61,302 nucleotides of DNA, filler included, from Actinomycetota bacterium (GCA_046725875.1; 4 parts of 4 records of this genome joined end to end with filler, not necessarily neighbours in it), one strand, 5' to 3'; positions 48,336 through 59,686 are shown, counted from the whole stretch's first letter. The notes: a model not told the origin generated them from the sequence alone. Program-made: numbers and translations.

Positions 48336-48417
48336 CTCGTTCTATTGGGGTCTAAAGGAGTTCGTCTGAGGACGAGCGATAGAAGCGAGCGGTTCCAGCT
48401 TCTCGTGGCTTACTCGA

Positions 48418-49074
48418 CTACCAGCCGCGGGCGCGCCAGGCCGGGAGTGCGGGGCGCTCGGCGCCAAGCGTGGTGTCCCGGCCGTGGCCGGGATAGACCC
48501 AGGTCTCGTCCGGGAGGCTGCCGAAGAGTTTGGTCTCGACGTCGTTCATGAGCGACGTGAAGTTCTCCCTGTTGCCGAACGTGCTGCCGATGCCGCCGGG
48601 GAAGAGCGAGTCACCCGTGAACAGGTGTGCGTGTCCGGTTGGGTCGTCGTACACCAGTGCGACGCTTCCCGGTGTGTGGCCGATGAGGTGGATCACTTGC
48701 AGCGTGCAGCGGCCGACCGCGATCTCTTCGCCGTCGTCGAGCTCGGCGTCGGTCCGGGCCGCGATGGCCGGTGCGTCCAGCCGATGGGCCAAGGTGAGCG
48801 CGCCGGTTCCCTTCACCACCTCGGCCAGTGCCTGCCAGTGATCGGCGTGCCGGTGGGTCGTGACCACCTGGCCAAGGCCATCGGTGACCAGCCGAAGCAG
48901 GGTCGAGGCGTCGCTTGCCGCGTCGATCATCAACTGCTCGTCGGTGGTCCGGCAGCGCAGTACATAGGCGTTGTTGTCCATCGGCCCCACCGCGACCTTG
49001 GTGATCACCAGCTTGGACAGCTCCCGCACGTCGGGCGGGCCGCCTACGGTGACGTTCCCGTGATACCTGGTCAT
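48418..49074 (-). CDS. MBL-fold metallo-hydrolase
   Basis: THRHADH, GHTPG, FTGDSLFPGG, YPGHG. Confidence 0.93.
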   Translation of the reverse strand: MTRYHGNVTVGGPPDVRELSKLVITKVAVGPMDNNAYVLRCRTTDEQLMIDAASDASTLLRLVTDGLGQVVTTHRHADHWQALAEVVKGTGALTLAHRLDAPAIAARTDAELDDGEEIAVGRCTLQVIHLIGHTPGSVALVYDDPTGHAHLFTGDSLFPGGIGSTFGNRENFTSLMNDVETKLFGSLPDETWVYPGHGRDTTLGAERPALPAWRARGW

Positions 49075-49269
49075 GCGGCGACTCCCGTACGAGGACGGGT
49101 ACGAACGGTCGACCGGCCGCGTTCCCACGGCCCCGGCAACGACGATCCAACCTCATCGGATGCGCCGATGGAATAGGGGGCCTCCCCCCAGGGGTTATAG
49201 ATCACCGCGGCGGAGTGGGTTGGTTCGCGAGTGCTGCCCACCTGGGCGTTATCGGTTGTCTCACGGTTT

Positions 49270-49291
49270 TGTCGGATTGGCTGCCTACCAT
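49270..49291 (+). promoter_or_regulatory. RecA-NDp (PafBC-activated) promoter of uvrA
   Basis: TGTCGG-N10-TACCAT. Confidence 0.82.
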
Positions 49292-49362
49292 GGGCGCGGC
49301 CCGAAAGACTCGACTCATCAAGCGGAGGACTCCATCGACTGCACTAGTCCAGAGGGGGCTCT

Positions 49363-52263
49363 GTGGCCGACCGGCTGATCGTGCGCGGTGCGCGCGAGCA
49401 CAACCTCAAGGACGTCTCGCTGGATCTGCCGCGAGACGCCTTGGTGGTGTTCACGGGTCTGTCCGGGTCGGGCAAGTCCAGCCTCGCGTTCGACACGATC
49501 TTCGCGGAGGGCCAGCGGCGATACGTGGAATCGCTGTCCGCCTACGCCCGACAGTTCCTTGGCCAGATGGACAAGCCCGACGTCGACTTCATCGAAGGGC
49601 TATCGCCAGCGGTCTCGATCGATCAGAAATCGACCTCCCGCAACCCCCGCTCGACGGTTGGGACGATCACCGAGGTCTATGACTACCTCCGGCTTCTCTA
49701 TGCCCGCGCGGGTCGGCCGCATTGCCCGGTCTGTGGACGGCCGATCGCTCGGCAGACGCCGCAGCAGATCGTCGATCGGGTGCTCGAGCTCGACGAAGGC
49801 TCGCGCTTTCAGGTGCTATCGCCGGTCGTGCGGGCGCGTAAGGGCGAATACTCGGAGCTCTTCCGTGAGCTGCAGATCAAGGGCTTCAGCCGGGTTCGGG
49901 TGGACGGGGTCGTCTATCCGCTCACCGAGCCGCCGAACCTCAAGAAGCAGGAGAAGCACACGATCGAGGTGGTCGTCGATCGGCTGACTGTGAAGGAGTC
50001 GGCGAAGCGGCGACTCACCGACTCGGTTGAGACCGCGCTCGGGTTGTCCGGCGGGCTGGTCACCCTCGACTTCGTCGACCTGCCCGATGATGATCCGCAC
50101 CGGGAGCGGACCTTCTCCGAGCACCTTGCTTGCATCTACGACGACCTGTCGTTCGAAGAGCTCGAGCCGCGGTCGTTCTCATTCAACTCGCCGTTCGGCG
50201 CATGCCCCGAATGCACGGGCCTCGGCACTCGGATGGAGGTCGACCCGGAGCTCGTCGTCCCCGACGATGGCAAGTCGCTCGACCAGGGGGCGATCGGGCC
50301 GTGGTCGGGTGCCCACACCGTGGAATATTTCGGTCGTCTCCTCGAGGCGCTCGGCGAATCCATGGGCTTCCGCACCGACATGCCCTGGTCCGACCTGCCC
50401 GCCAAGGCGCAGCGGGCGATTTTGTACGGCAGGGACATCCAGGTTCACGTTCGCTACAAGAACCGGTATGGCCGCGAGCGTTCCTACTACACGACCTTTG
50501 AGGGCGTCATCCCATGGGTGCAGCGGCGGCACAGCGAAGCCGAAAGCGACTGGACCCGGGACCGCTACGAGGAGTACATGCGCGAGATCCCCTGCGCGGC
50601 ATGCCAGGGGAAGCGGCTCAAGCCGGTATCGCTCGCCGTCACCGTTGGCAACAAGTCGATTGCCGATGTTGCCGCCATGCCGATCGGCGAGTGCGCGGAG
50701 TTCCTGCACAAGCTCGACCTCACTGCCCGGGAGCGGCAGATCGCCGAGCGGGTCCTCAAAGAGATCAACGCCAGGCTTGGCTTCCTGCTGGACGTCGGGC
50801 TGGACTATTTGACCCTCGACCGACCGGCCGGGACGCTCGCCGGGGGCGAGGCGCAGCGGATCAGGCTCGCGACCCAGATCGGCTCCGGACTGGTGGGGGT
50901 GCTATACGTCCTCGACGAGCCGTCGATCGGCCTGCACCAGCGGGACAACCACCGACTGATCGAGACGCTGCTGCGGCTGCGCGACCTCGGCAACATGCTG
51001 ATCGTAGTCGAGCATGACGAGGACACGATCAAGGTCGCCGACTGGGTGGTGGACATCGGGCCGGGCGCCGGCGAGCACGGCGGGAACATCGTGCATTCCG
51101 GGCCGCTCAAAGGCCTGCTCGGGAACCGCGCCTCGATCACCGGCGACTATCTGGCTCGGCGGCGCGAGATCGAGGTGCCGGCGGTCCGCCGACCCCGGAC
51201 GCCGGGCCGCGAGATCACCGTGCATGGTGCCCGCGAACACAACCTCGCTGACATCACGGTGTCGTTCCCGCTCGGGCTCTTCGTGGCGGTGACCGGGGTG
51301 TCCGGATCGGGGAAGTCGACCCTGATCAACGACATCCTCTACAGCGCTCTAGCACGCGATCTCAACGGCGCTCGGACGGTCCCGGGACGGCACCGCAGAG
51401 TGACCGGGACCGAAAAGCTCGACAAGATCATCCACGTCGACCAGAGCCCGATCGGGCGGACGCCACGCTCGAACCCGGCGACCTACACCGGGGTGTTCGA
51501 CCACATCCGCAGGCTGTTCGCTCAGACGACCGAGGCGAAGATCCGCGGCTACCAGCCTGGCCGGTTCTCGTTCAACGTCAAGGGCGGCCGGTGCGAAGCA
51601 TGCGCCGGCGACGGGACGATCAAGATCGAGATGAACTTCCTCCCGGACGTCTATGTACCGTGTGAGGTCTGCCATGGTGCGCGCTATAACCGGGAGACCC
51701 TCGAGGTCCACTTCAAGGGCAAGACGATCGCCGAGGTACTCGACATGCCGATCGAGGAGGCGTGCGACTTCTTCGCGGCGATCCCGGCGATCAGCCGTCA
51801 CCTGACCACCCTGGTCGAGGTAGGTCTTGGTTATGTGCGGCTAGGGCAGCCGGCGCCGACCCTCTCCGGCGGTGAGGCACAGCGGGTGAAGCTCGGATCC
51901 GAGCTGCAGAAGCGCTCGACCGGGCGAACTGTCTACCTGCTCGACGAGCCGACGACCGGCCTGCACTTTGACGATATTCGCAAGCTCCTCGGTGTGCTCA
52001 GCAAGCTCGTGGATCAGGGGAACACGGTCATCGTCATCGAGCACAACATGGACGTGATCAAGACTGCCGACTGGATCGTCGACCTCGGCCCGGAGGGCGG
52101 GTACGGCGGCGGCCGGGTCGTAGCGGAAGGCACGCCGGAGGACGTGGCCGACGTGCCGGAGAGCCACACCGGTAAGTTCCTCACCGCGGTCCTCTCCCGA
52201 ACCGATCCCCAACCAGCGCGGACACCCCGACCGCACCGCGCGAAGACTGCGGCACTGCGATAG
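49363..52263 (+). CDS. uvrA: Excinuclease ABC subunit A
   Basis: GAREHNLK, two Walker A motifs ([16 protein letters not shown]), zinc fingers, LSGGEAQR. Confidence 0.99.
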   Translation: MADRLIVRGAREHNLKDVSLDLPRDALVVFTGLSGSGKSSLAFDTIFAEGQRRYVESLSAYARQFLGQMDKPDVDFIEGLSPAVSIDQKSTSRNPRSTVGTITEVYDYLRLLYARAGRPHCPVCGRPIARQTPQQIVDRVLELDEGSRFQVLSPVVRARKGEYSELFRELQIKGFSRVRVDGVVYPLTEPPNLKKQEKHTIEVVVDRLTVKESAKRRLTDSVETALGLSGGLVTLDFVDLPDDDPHRERTFSEHLACIYDDLSFEELEPRSFSFNSPFGACPECTGLGTRMEVDPELVVPDDGKSLDQGAIGPWSGAHTVEYFGRLLEALGESMGFRTDMPWSDLPAKAQRAILYGRDIQVHVRYKNRYGRERSYYTTFEGVIPWVQRRHSEAESDWTRDRYEEYMREIPCAACQGKRLKPVSLAVTVGNKSIADVAAMPIGECAEFLHKLDLTARERQIAERVLKEINARLGFLLDVGLDYLTLDRPAGTLAGGEAQRIRLATQIGSGLVGVLYVLDEPSIGLHQRDNHRLIETLLRLRDLGNMLIVVEHDEDTIKVADWVVDIGPGAGEHGGNIVHSGPLKGLLGNRASITGDYLARRREIEVPAVRRPRTPGREITVHGAREHNLADITVSFPLGLFVAVTGVSGSGKSTLINDILYSALARDLNGARTVPGRHRRVTGTEKLDKIIHVDQSPIGRTPRSNPATYTGVFDHIRRLFAQTTEAKIRGYQPGRFSFNVKGGRCEACAGDGTIKIEMNFLPDVYVPCEVCHGARYNRETLEVHFKGKTIAEVLDMPIEEACDFFAAIPAISRHLTTLVEVGLGYVRLGQPAPTLSGGEAQRVKLGSELQKRSTGRTVYLLDEPTTGLHFDDIRKLLGVLSKLVDQGNTVIVIEHNMDVIKTADWIVDLGPEGGYGGGRVVAEGTPEDVADVPESHTGKFLTAVLSRTDPQPARTPRPHRAKTAALR

Positions 52264-52418
52264 GGGCCGCGCGGCGCCAGGTCCCCACCCCAACCATGAC
52301 CTGCGACCGCCAAAGGTTGCGCGCTTTCTGCCGGCGGTCAGATACAAACGCAGGTTGAACGGCAAATTCTGGCCCAGAAACCGGCGACCGATGCCAGCCT
52401 TGGGGCCAGGATGAGAGC

Positions 52419-54044
52419 GTGCCGTGGCGGTGGTTCACGTGGCCGCGACTGGCCGCCCTTGCGGCCGGCGGCCTGCCGGCACTGACCTTTCCCGAGCCGT
52501 CGCTGTGGTGGCTCGCCTACGTCTGCCTGGTGCCGCTTCTCTTGGTAATCCGGTCCGCGCCGCACCGTCGGGAGGCGATACTGCGCGGCTGGTGGGGTGG
52601 TGCGGGATTCATCCTTGCCGTGCATCATTGGCTCGCACCCAACCTGCACGTCTTCCTGATCGTGGTGGCGGTCGCGATCGGTGCGCTGTGGGCGCCGTGG
52701 GGTTGGCTGGTGTGGCGATTGCTCGGCCCCGGTCGTCACCTGGGAGCGGCGCTTGCGTTGCTGCCGGCAAGTTGGCTGGCGATCGAGCTTGTTCGCTCGG
52801 TCCAGTACTTCGGCGGCCCCTGGGGACTCCTTGGTGCCAGCCAGTGGCAGGTTCGCCCGGCGTTGGCGCTCGCCTCCCTCGGCGGCGTCTGGTTGGTCAG
52901 CGTGGTTGTGGTCGCGATCAACGTCGCGATCGCGGCGGCGATTGTTGCTCCCTCGGCGCGGCAGCCGGCGCTCGCAAGCGTGGTCGGTCTGGTCGCTCTG
53001 GCACTCGGCTGGTGGGCACTCGCCCCCAGCCCGACGTCGAGTGGCGAAATTGCGCGGATCGCGGTGGTCCAGCCGGGTGTCGTTCACAATCCCTCGGCTC
53101 GTTTCGCCTATGGGGAGCGGCTGACTCGCTCGTTGCTCGGCAAGGATCTCGATCTGGTCGTGTGGGGAGAGAGCAGCGTCGGCTTCGACCTAACGGCCCG
53201 GCCGGAGCTGCGAGGGCGACTCGAGGTGCTCGCTGCGGAGATCGGCGCACCCCTGCTGGTAAACGTGGACGCGCGGCGTGCCGGTGGGGGCGGAATCTTC
53301 AAGAGCTCTGTTCTGATCGATCCGGGCACGCCGGATCTGGCGCGTTACGACAAAATGCGCCTCGTGCCGTTCGGCGAGTACGTCCCGTTTCGCTTCCTTC
53401 TTGGGTGGCTGTTGGGTTCAACCGAGGCAGCCCACGAGGATCGCCGCCGCGGTGCCGCGCTGGCTTTGCTCAACGCCCGTGGGCTGCGGGTCGGACCGCT
53501 GATCTGCTTCGAGTCGGCCTTCCCGGACATGAGCCGCCGCCTCGCCGCCCGCGGCGCTGACATCCTGGTCGTCCAGTCCTCCACTTCGACGTTCCAGCAA
53601 AGCTGGGCACCCGCGCAGCACGCGTCACTCGCCGCTCTGCGGGCCGCCGAGACCGGCCGTCCGGTCGTGCATGCCACACTCAGTGGGGTCAGCGCCATAT
53701 ACGACGCGACCGGAAGGCGGCTGGGATCTCTTTCCACCACCGAGCGGTCCACGCTGGTGGCCGATGTTCCCCTCGTCACCGGCCACAGCCTCTACACCCG
53801 GCTGGGAGACTGGGTTCCGGCGCTCGCGGTCGCCCTACTCGCCGGCGCTGCGGGTCAGGCGATAATCACCCAGCGGCGACGTCCGGTGGCGACGCCCACT
53901 TCCGAGCGAACGCTGCGAAGCATGCGCCGGCGACGGCACGATCAAGATCGAGATGAAACTTCTTCCCGGATGACTATGACCCTCGGAACACCTCGGCCTT
54001 ATGCGCGGGCCCCCTCAGCCCTATGCAGGCTTTCCGACCCCTAG
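52419..54044 (+). CDS. lnt: Apolipoprotein N-acyltransferase
   Basis: TM N-terminus, VVQPG, VWGESS, YDKMRLVPFGEY, LICFES nitrilase-fold triad; aberrant C-terminal extension. Confidence 0.9.
   Translation: MPWRWFTWPRLAALAAGGLPALTFPEPSLWWLAYVCLVPLLLVIRSAPHRREAILRGWWGGAGFILAVHHWLAPNLHVFLIVVAVAIGALWAPWGWLVWRLLGPGRHLGAALALLPASWLAIELVRSVQYFGGPWGLLGASQWQVRPALALASLGGVWLVSVVVVAINVAIAAAIVAPSARQPALASVVGLVALALGWWALAPSPTSSGEIARIAVVQPGVVHNPSARFAYGERLTRSLLGKDLDLVVWGESSVGFDLTARPELRGRLEVLAAEIGAPLLVNVDARRAGGGGIFKSSVLIDPGTPDLARYDKMRLVPFGEYVPFRFLLGWLLGSTEAAHEDRRRGAALALLNARGLRVGPLICFESAFPDMSRRLAARGADILVVQSSTSTFQQSWAPAQHASLAALRAAETGRPVVHATLSGVSAIYDATGRRLGSLSTTERSTLVADVPLVTGHSLYTRLGDWVPALAVALLAGAAGQAIITQRRRPVATPTSERTLRSMRRRRHDQDRDETSSRMTMTLGTPRPYARAPSALCRLSDP
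53911..53978 (+). repeat. Diverged copy of a uvrA internal segment (51589-51655)
   Basis: 68 bp with 5 substitutions and 1 insertion relative to the uvrA segment coding [22 protein letters not shown]. Confidence 0.9.
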
Positions 54045-54057
54045 CAGGTGCACCGGA

Positions 54058-54849
54058 TCAGAGCGCATCTTGCACAGCGGCGAGGATCTGGTTTGACGTT
54101 GTGGTAGTCGCGCTGCTGATGACGGCCCGGATGGTGCCATCCTTGTCGACGATCTCGATGACATCGTTGTGGACGACGTCGTAGTCGACCCGAGCGCGGT
54201 CGGCCAGGCGGTTCGGCGTCGTGGGCTGTGGTGTGTAGACGCCGGCGGCCTTCTGTTCGGCCTCCGTCTTCTCCTCGGCGGCCAAGGAAACCTTCTGGTA
54301 GAAGACGTGGAAGCCGCCGGTGACGACCTGCCTGATCTGGGCGGGGCTGCCGGTCAGGTAGTGCCAAGCCGGGTTGTCCGGGTCGATGCCCTCCTGCTCG
54401 AGGAAGGCGGCGAGCTGGGCGGGATGCGCGCCCTCAGGATCCACGTTGAATGCGACGAAGGCCACCTTGCCGGTCAACCCCGCGCGATCGGCAAGCCGCT
54501 CGGTCTCGGCCAACGTGGCGGCCAGTAGCGGGCAGTAGGTGGTGCAGTACGGAAACAAGTAGCTAACCACCTGAACCTTCCCGCGCAGCACCGTCGAGTT
54601 GAACGGCCGGCCGTGCTGGTCGGTGAGGCTGTAGGCGGGAGCGGTGCCGAAATCCTCGGGACCGGCTTGGCCCGAGGCCGGAGCCGGCCGGGGACCGGAT
54701 CCTTCCAGCAGGGGCTTACTCAAGAGGACAGCCGCCAGCGCGGCGACGATCACGCTGGCCAGTGCTGCGAGCAGCATCCTGGTCCGGAGGTTGTTTCGGG
54801 GGGTCCTCGCCCGAGTACCTCCTGCCCCATTTCGCGCGAGCGAGCTCAT
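54058..54849 (-). CDS. SCO1/SenC family copper chaperone
   Basis: TM anchor, LTDQHG, CTTYCP (CxxxC), WHYLTG, distal His in VVHND. Confidence 0.9.
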   Translation of the reverse strand: MSSLARNGAGGTRARTPRNNLRTRMLLAALASVIVAALAAVLLSKPLLEGSGPRPAPASGQAGPEDFGTAPAYSLTDQHGRPFNSTVLRGKVQVVSYLFPYCTTYCPLLAATLAETERLADRAGLTGKVAFVAFNVDPEGAHPAQLAAFLEQEGIDPDNPAWHYLTGSPAQIRQVVTGGFHVFYQKVSLAAEEKTEAEQKAAGVYTPQPTTPNRLADRARVDYDVVHNDVIEIVDKDGTIRAVISSATTTTSNQILAAVQDAL

Positions 54850-54883
54850 GACAACAGCGCCGCAGCGGCACTGGGTGTCGCGG

Positions 54884-55825
54884 TCACAGGAGCGCACTCG
54901 CGGCGACCGCCGCAAAGAGCAGCGCCAGGTAGCTGACGGAGGCATGGAACAGCCGCATCGGTCGCACCCTCCCGCCGCGGCGGGTCTGCGCGTACAACCG
55001 GTGGGCCTCGACCAGGAACCAGCCACCCAGGCCTATCCCGCAGGCAGCATAGAACCAGCCGGCGAAGGGTGCCAGGGTGAGCGATGCGGCGACCATCGCG
55101 TACGAGTAGAGGAGGATCTTGCGCCCGACCACCGCCGGGGTAGCTACCACGGGAAGCATGGGCACGCGCGCCGCGGCATAGTCCTCCCGGAACGTGATCG
55201 CGAGGGACCAGAAGTGCGGCGGGGTCCAGAGGAAGACTACGGTCGAAAGCAGGATCGCGGGCAGCGCGACCGAACCGGTCACCGCTGCCCACGCGACCAA
55301 GACGGGGAAGCATCCGGCGGCGCCGCCAACCACGATGTTGGAGGACGTGCGCGGCTTGAGCGTGAGTGTGTAGACGAAGACGTAGAACAGGATGGCCGCA
55401 TCGGCAAGCGCCGCCGCGAGCCAGTTCACTACGAACCCCAGCAGGGCGGTGCCGCATACCCCGAGGACCAATCCGAAGACGAGCGCCTGCCCCGGGCTGA
55501 CCAGTCTGCTCCTCGCCTCGACAGCGAGCGGCCGGCGGGAGGTACGTCGCATCAGCGCGTCGATGTCACGTTCCAGGTAGCAATTGATCGTGTTCGCGCT
55601 GCCCGCTGCCAAAGCTCCGCCGACCATCGTGGCGCCGGCCAGCGGCGCGGCCGGCAGTCCGTGCGCGGCCAGCACCATCGTCGGCAGTGTCGTCACTAGC
55701 AGCAGTTCAATGATGCGAGGCTTGGTGAGCGCAATGTACGAGCGGACCACTGGTCCCAGCCCGCGGCTGACAGAGAGCTGCCGGACGTCCGTTACGGTCG
55801 CAGTCGCTTCAGAACTCATCGTCAT
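54884..55825 (-). CDS. ctaB: Protoheme IX farnesyltransferase (heme o synthase)
   Basis: [45 protein letters not shown]. Confidence 0.95.
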   Translation of the reverse strand: MTMSSEATATVTDVRQLSVSRGLGPVVRSYIALTKPRIIELLLVTTLPTMVLAAHGLPAAPLAGATMVGGALAAGSANTINCYLERDIDALMRRTSRRPLAVEARSRLVSPGQALVFGLVLGVCGTALLGFVVNWLAAALADAAILFYVFVYTLTLKPRTSSNIVVGGAAGCFPVLVAWAAVTGSVALPAILLSTVVFLWTPPHFWSLAITFREDYAAARVPMLPVVATPAVVGRKILLYSYAMVAASLTLAPFAGWFYAACGIGLGGWFLVEAHRLYAQTRRGGRVRPMRLFHASVSYLALLFAAVAASALL

Positions 55826-56739
55826 TCCTCGAACGAAGGGTCAGCGAGTCGGACCGCGGCGTCGGACAGGCGCCGCCCCCCGACCGGTCGGACGGTCTCC
55901 CGCCTCGCCTGCTCGAGCGCGTCCTGGTCAAGCCAGCGGAGCACAGCGACGGCGAGGGCGGGCGTGATGATAAGCATTCCGGAGATCCACATGAGAGTCC
56001 CGGCGAGACCCTGATCTGACAGCGGCGTCGCCTCCCACGGCGGCGGGTGCGCGGCGTAGTAGGGGTAGAGGACCCGGCCGGTGCTGATGATCGCGACCCC
56101 GAGGAACGCCATGACTGGCATGATCAGGAGCAGGTAGAGCACCCGCCCCGGATGAGCCAGCCTGTGTGGTCCTGGATCGACCCCGATGGCCGGCCACCAG
56201 AACAACAGCGCGGTGCACAGATAGATGACGTGTTCAACCTGATGCACCCACTCGCGCTCCAGGGCGAGATTGTAGATGGGCGTCAGGTGGCTGCCGACCA
56301 TCACGGCGGCAAACAGCGTGAACGCGACGACAGGATGCGAGACGACGCCGACCGGGCGGCTGCGCAGCGCACGGGCGAGTGTCCGCCTTGGGAGCCACCG
56401 CGGGTTGGCTTGCAAGAGGAGGGTGAGCGGCGCGCCGAGGAGCAGCAGGGGCGCGGCAACGAGCTGGATCAGCAGGTGCTGGACCATATGGGCGCTGAAC
56501 GAACTGTCTGAAAGGGAATCCGGCGGTCCGTCGATGGCGACCAGGAGGACCAGAAGTCCCACCGCGAACGCGGCCGGGTGCCCGCGCGGTTTGCCCGCCC
56601 GAGCGCGCGACGCGCGCTCGGGATGCGCCGACCGGAGTCCCCGCAATGCCATGAGATAAAGGAGGCCGGCCAGACCGACGCCGACCGTCGGCGCCGAGTC
56701 GAACTCCCAGGCCGTCAGCATGTCCCCAATCTCGAACAA
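55822..56739 (-). CDS. Cytochrome c oxidase assembly factor, caa3 CtaG family
   Basis: [40 protein letters not shown]. Confidence 0.9.
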   Translation of the reverse strand: MFEIGDMLTAWEFDSAPTVGVGLAGLLYLMALRGLRSAHPERASRARAGKPRGHPAAFAVGLLVLLVAIDGPPDSLSDSSFSAHMVQHLLIQLVAAPLLLLGAPLTLLLQANPRWLPRRTLARALRSRPVGVVSHPVVAFTLFAAVMVGSHLTPIYNLALEREWVHQVEHVIYLCTALLFWWPAIGVDPGPHRLAHPGRVLYLLLIMPVMAFLGVAIISTGRVLYPYYAAHPPPWEATPLSDQGLAGTLMWISGMLIITPALAVAVLRWLDQDALEQARRETVRPVGGRRLSDAAVRLADPSFEE

Positions 56740-57105
56740 GCGTGATGCTCCATCGCTCGGATATCCCGGCCGCGGGCATTTGTGGGCTCCATCTGGCGTC
56801 CGCTTCGTCGACCGCTTGGACCACCGGCACGAGGTGATGCACCGACCGAGCCCTCGGCTGTGTTCAGAGTCGCACGCAGAAGATCAGCCAGGCGCAGACA
56901 TGACGGATTTGTCAGATTCGAGGATGCCTTCATTACAGACTTCTCATATTGCGCACAGGTAATGAGATACCACTAGATGATCTTATCGAACTATGCCTGA
57001 ATTCGACTTCCCTGCCTGGCCCTCGAGCAGTGGACGAGCGGCCCGCAAAGTTCCTGATCTCTCGTCTCCCGCCCGGGCGGTCCGCATGGCCCCGAAGGAG
57101 CGGAC

Positions 57106-57418
57106 ATGACATCGGCAATCCCACCTGGGCCCAGGCGCCCCCGTAAGACGTCCCCGTTAATCAACATTCTGGCCGTCGGCAGCGTGCTTCTGGCACTCGG
57201 CGCCTGCGGTAAGGGAGGAGACGACGACGATGGGGCGAAGGCTGGAGGGGGAATCCCCACCTACCAGGTGTCAGTGACCAACTTCACCTATCAGGGCATG
57301 CCGGACACGGTGCCGGCGAACCAGCCGTTCAACATCGTTTTCTCCAACAAGGAAACCTTCGACATCACCCACGAGCTGGTCGTGCTCGGCGTCCCCGCCG
57401 GTAAGAGCGCGGACGACG
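57106..57418 (+). CDS. Lipoprotein with probable cupredoxin-like domain, cut by the contig end
   Basis: Lipobox LGAC; F.Y.G.P..VPA...NIVFSN....HELVV resembles a cupredoxin N-terminus. Confidence 0.6.
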
Positions 57419-57518
57419 NNNNNNNNNNNNNNNNNNNNNNNNNNNNNNNNNNNNNNNNNNNNTTAATTAATTAANNNNNNNNNNNNNNNNNNNNNNNNNN
57501 NNNNNNNNNNNNNNNNNN
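57419..57518. other. Artificial contig linker
   Basis: N44-TTAATTAATTAA-N44. Confidence 0.98.
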
Positions 57519-57970
57519 GGGACCCCGAGGGCCGAAGTTGTGCAGGTGTCCCAGAGCACCTCGGCGGCGTAGCCGCCGGCGTCACCCCAGTCGGCGAGTG
57601 CGTGCGCGTAGCGAAGCTGCGTCGGCTCGTCCTCGCGTTCCATCATCGCCAGCTCGGCCTCATCGAGCTCCTTGGCGGCCGCCCGGACTCGCGGGGGCGT
57701 CACCGAGACGAGCAAGTCGCGGACGGTCGAGTCGTCGCGCACACTGCCGATGAACTGTCGCATGATCCCGAGACCGCCGCTGTGGGTCACCGTGCCGGTC
57801 CGTGGGGTGAGATCACCCGCAATCATTCGCATCAGCGTCGTCTTGCCCGCGCCATTCGGCCCGACGAGCGCTACCTTCGCCCCATCGCCGACCCGGAATG
57901 ACACCTCTTGGAACAGGAGTCGCCCGTCCGGTAGCTGGTGTCCAAGCTTGACCGCCTCAACGTGCCCCAC
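57519..57970 (-). CDS. ABC-F family ATP-binding protein, N-terminal part
   Basis: MGHV...LPDGRLLF, GPNGAGKT, MRQFIG, WGDAGGY. Confidence 0.9.
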
Positions 57971-58038
57971 GCCCCCAGAGTCTCACCGACCGAGGCACCG
58001 GACCGCGAATCGATTTCCCAACCGAACCCTTCGCTCGC

Positions 58039-58767
58039 TCAGCGGGAGTCGATGATCTGTTTGGCGGCACGAACGAGGGCGGCGTTGTCCGGGGCGGGGG
58101 CGCCATCGGGGAGAGTTAGTACGTCTTCCAGGCCGATCCGTACGTCGAAGAGGCGCGATGCGGCCATCCGCAGCACCGGCCAGGCGCCCTCGTTCATCCC
58201 ATGCAACAAGACCGGCATGCCGAGTTCGGCGACGGCCACGCCGATCGCCGCACCCTGGATCAGCGCGTCGGTCTCCCCCTTCATCGGCTCACCCATGATC
58301 CGCAAGCACCGCGGAGCGAGTGGGTCCTTCACGAACTCCGCCGCGATGTCCCGGGTCCACAACCCGGCCTCGACCCCGATACCGCGTTCGATCAGGTGCT
58401 CGGCGAGCTCCGCTGCGCCGTCTTCGTGCCAGTTGACCGACGCGAAGTCCGGAACCACCTCCCAGGAGCGCACAAGTCCCAGCCGCTGCGACGGACTTTC
58501 CACCGTCCATGCCCCGGTGGTGGTACCAACCGGAACGTCAGGCACCGCCGCGCGCACGGCGGACAGGGCCGCGGCAACAAGGTCGGGAGCGAGGCTGTCC
58601 TGGCCCTCGGCGTCCTTGGGATGGATGTGAAGCGTCTCCGCGCCGGCGTCGACCGCAGACCGAGCCGCCTGAGCCAGCTGTTCAGGGGTTGCCGGCAGCG
58701 CCGGGTGCTCGGCCGGCAGCCGGGCGCCGTTCAGGCAGGCCTGTAGCACGGGTTTCTGCCCTCCCAA
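58039..58767 (-). CDS. 3-keto-5-aminohexanoate cleavage enzyme family (BKACE/DUF849)
   Basis: LQACLNGAR, HIHP zinc motif, PDFASVN, RIGLED. Confidence 0.9.
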   Translation of the reverse strand: MGGQKPVLQACLNGARLPAEHPALPATPEQLAQAARSAVDAGAETLHIHPKDAEGQDSLAPDLVAAALSAVRAAVPDVPVGTTTGAWTVESPSQRLGLVRSWEVVPDFASVNWHEDGAAELAEHLIERGIGVEAGLWTRDIAAEFVKDPLAPRCLRIMGEPMKGETDALIQGAAIGVAVAELGMPVLLHGMNEGAWPVLRMAASRLFDVRIGLEDVLTLPDGAPAPDNAALVRAAKQIIDSR

Positions 58768-58809
58768 TTCCGGGTCTCGACGGTTAAGCCTGGGATTGCC
58801 GCCACCGGG

Positions 58810-59283
58810 TTACGTTGTCACAGTCCGTCGTCGCCGCTCCGCCGAGCCGCGCAGGTAGCCCGCCAACCCGAGGATCACGAACGCGTCAAGCGCGTGCAGC
58901 CCGCCGAGAAACGGCGTGTCCTCCCCGGCGTCGGCGAGGACGGACTGCACCGGATAGGTCAGCAGGACGAGTACGAACGACAGCCCGATCGCCTGCCCAC
59001 TTGGCCGCGCGACGAGTGCGGCGATGAGGATGAGCAGGGCCACCAGTCCCAGGATCATGCCGGTCGTCCGGTGCGGGTCGAGCGCCGTCTCCCCCTCGCT
59101 GCCGACCTTCTGGTCGAGGTCCCACATGCCGAGGCCGGCGAGGAAGACCTGCACAACGCCGCCGATGAGGAAGAGCACGAGCAGCCACTGATATGCGGCG
59201 AACGCACCACGGCGGACGCCCGTTAATCCCGGGGCCGTCTCGGCCGGAGCGGGGTCGGTGGGAGAAGCTGCCTGATCCGCCAT
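58810..59283 (-). CDS. Four-TM membrane protein (DUF6220-like)
   Basis: VQVFLAG, conserved His residues in PHR and GLHAL. Confidence 0.7.
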   Translation of the reverse strand: MADQAASPTDPAPAETAPGLTGVRRGAFAAYQWLLVLFLIGGVVQVFLAGLGMWDLDQKVGSEGETALDPHRTTGMILGLVALLILIAALVARPSGQAIGLSFVLVLLTYPVQSVLADAGEDTPFLGGLHALDAFVILGLAGYLRGSAERRRRTVTT

Positions 59284-59356
59284 CGGTGCCTACTCCTCTT
59301 TCCAGCGCGGCCGATCCGCGGCCAACGCGACCTGGCTTGCGCGACGGTCTTGCCGA

Positions 59357-59686
59357 TCACTCCGGCACGTTGCCGGTGTCGTCCCCCACGGCGTACGGCG
59401 TCGAGACACCCTCGTACCCGAGGTGCATGACGAAGCCATCGGCCGCATGATTCAGATCATGACAATGATCCATCCAAACACCTGGGTTGTCAGCCAAGAA
59501 CGCAACCTCGTAGGTCTCGCCGGGTGCCACGTTCAGCGTGTCGGTCCACCACGGGCTGCCGGTCGCTGCCGTCCCATTCCGGCTCAGGACGAGGACGTGG
59601 TGGCCGTGCAGGTGCATGGGATGGTGCGCGGTGCTGCGGTTCACGAACGTCACTCTGACGACGTCACCCTCGGCAACCATGAACAT
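59357..59686 (-). pseudogene. Multicopper oxidase C-terminal domain remnant
   Basis: HPMHLHGH and WMDHCHDLNHAADG copper motifs; N-terminal domains are absent. Confidence 0.8.

Noticed and set aside
57106..59686. Linking the cupredoxin/SCO cluster with the multicopper oxidase remnant into one copper island
   Set aside because: They lie on different contigs separated by an artificial linker.
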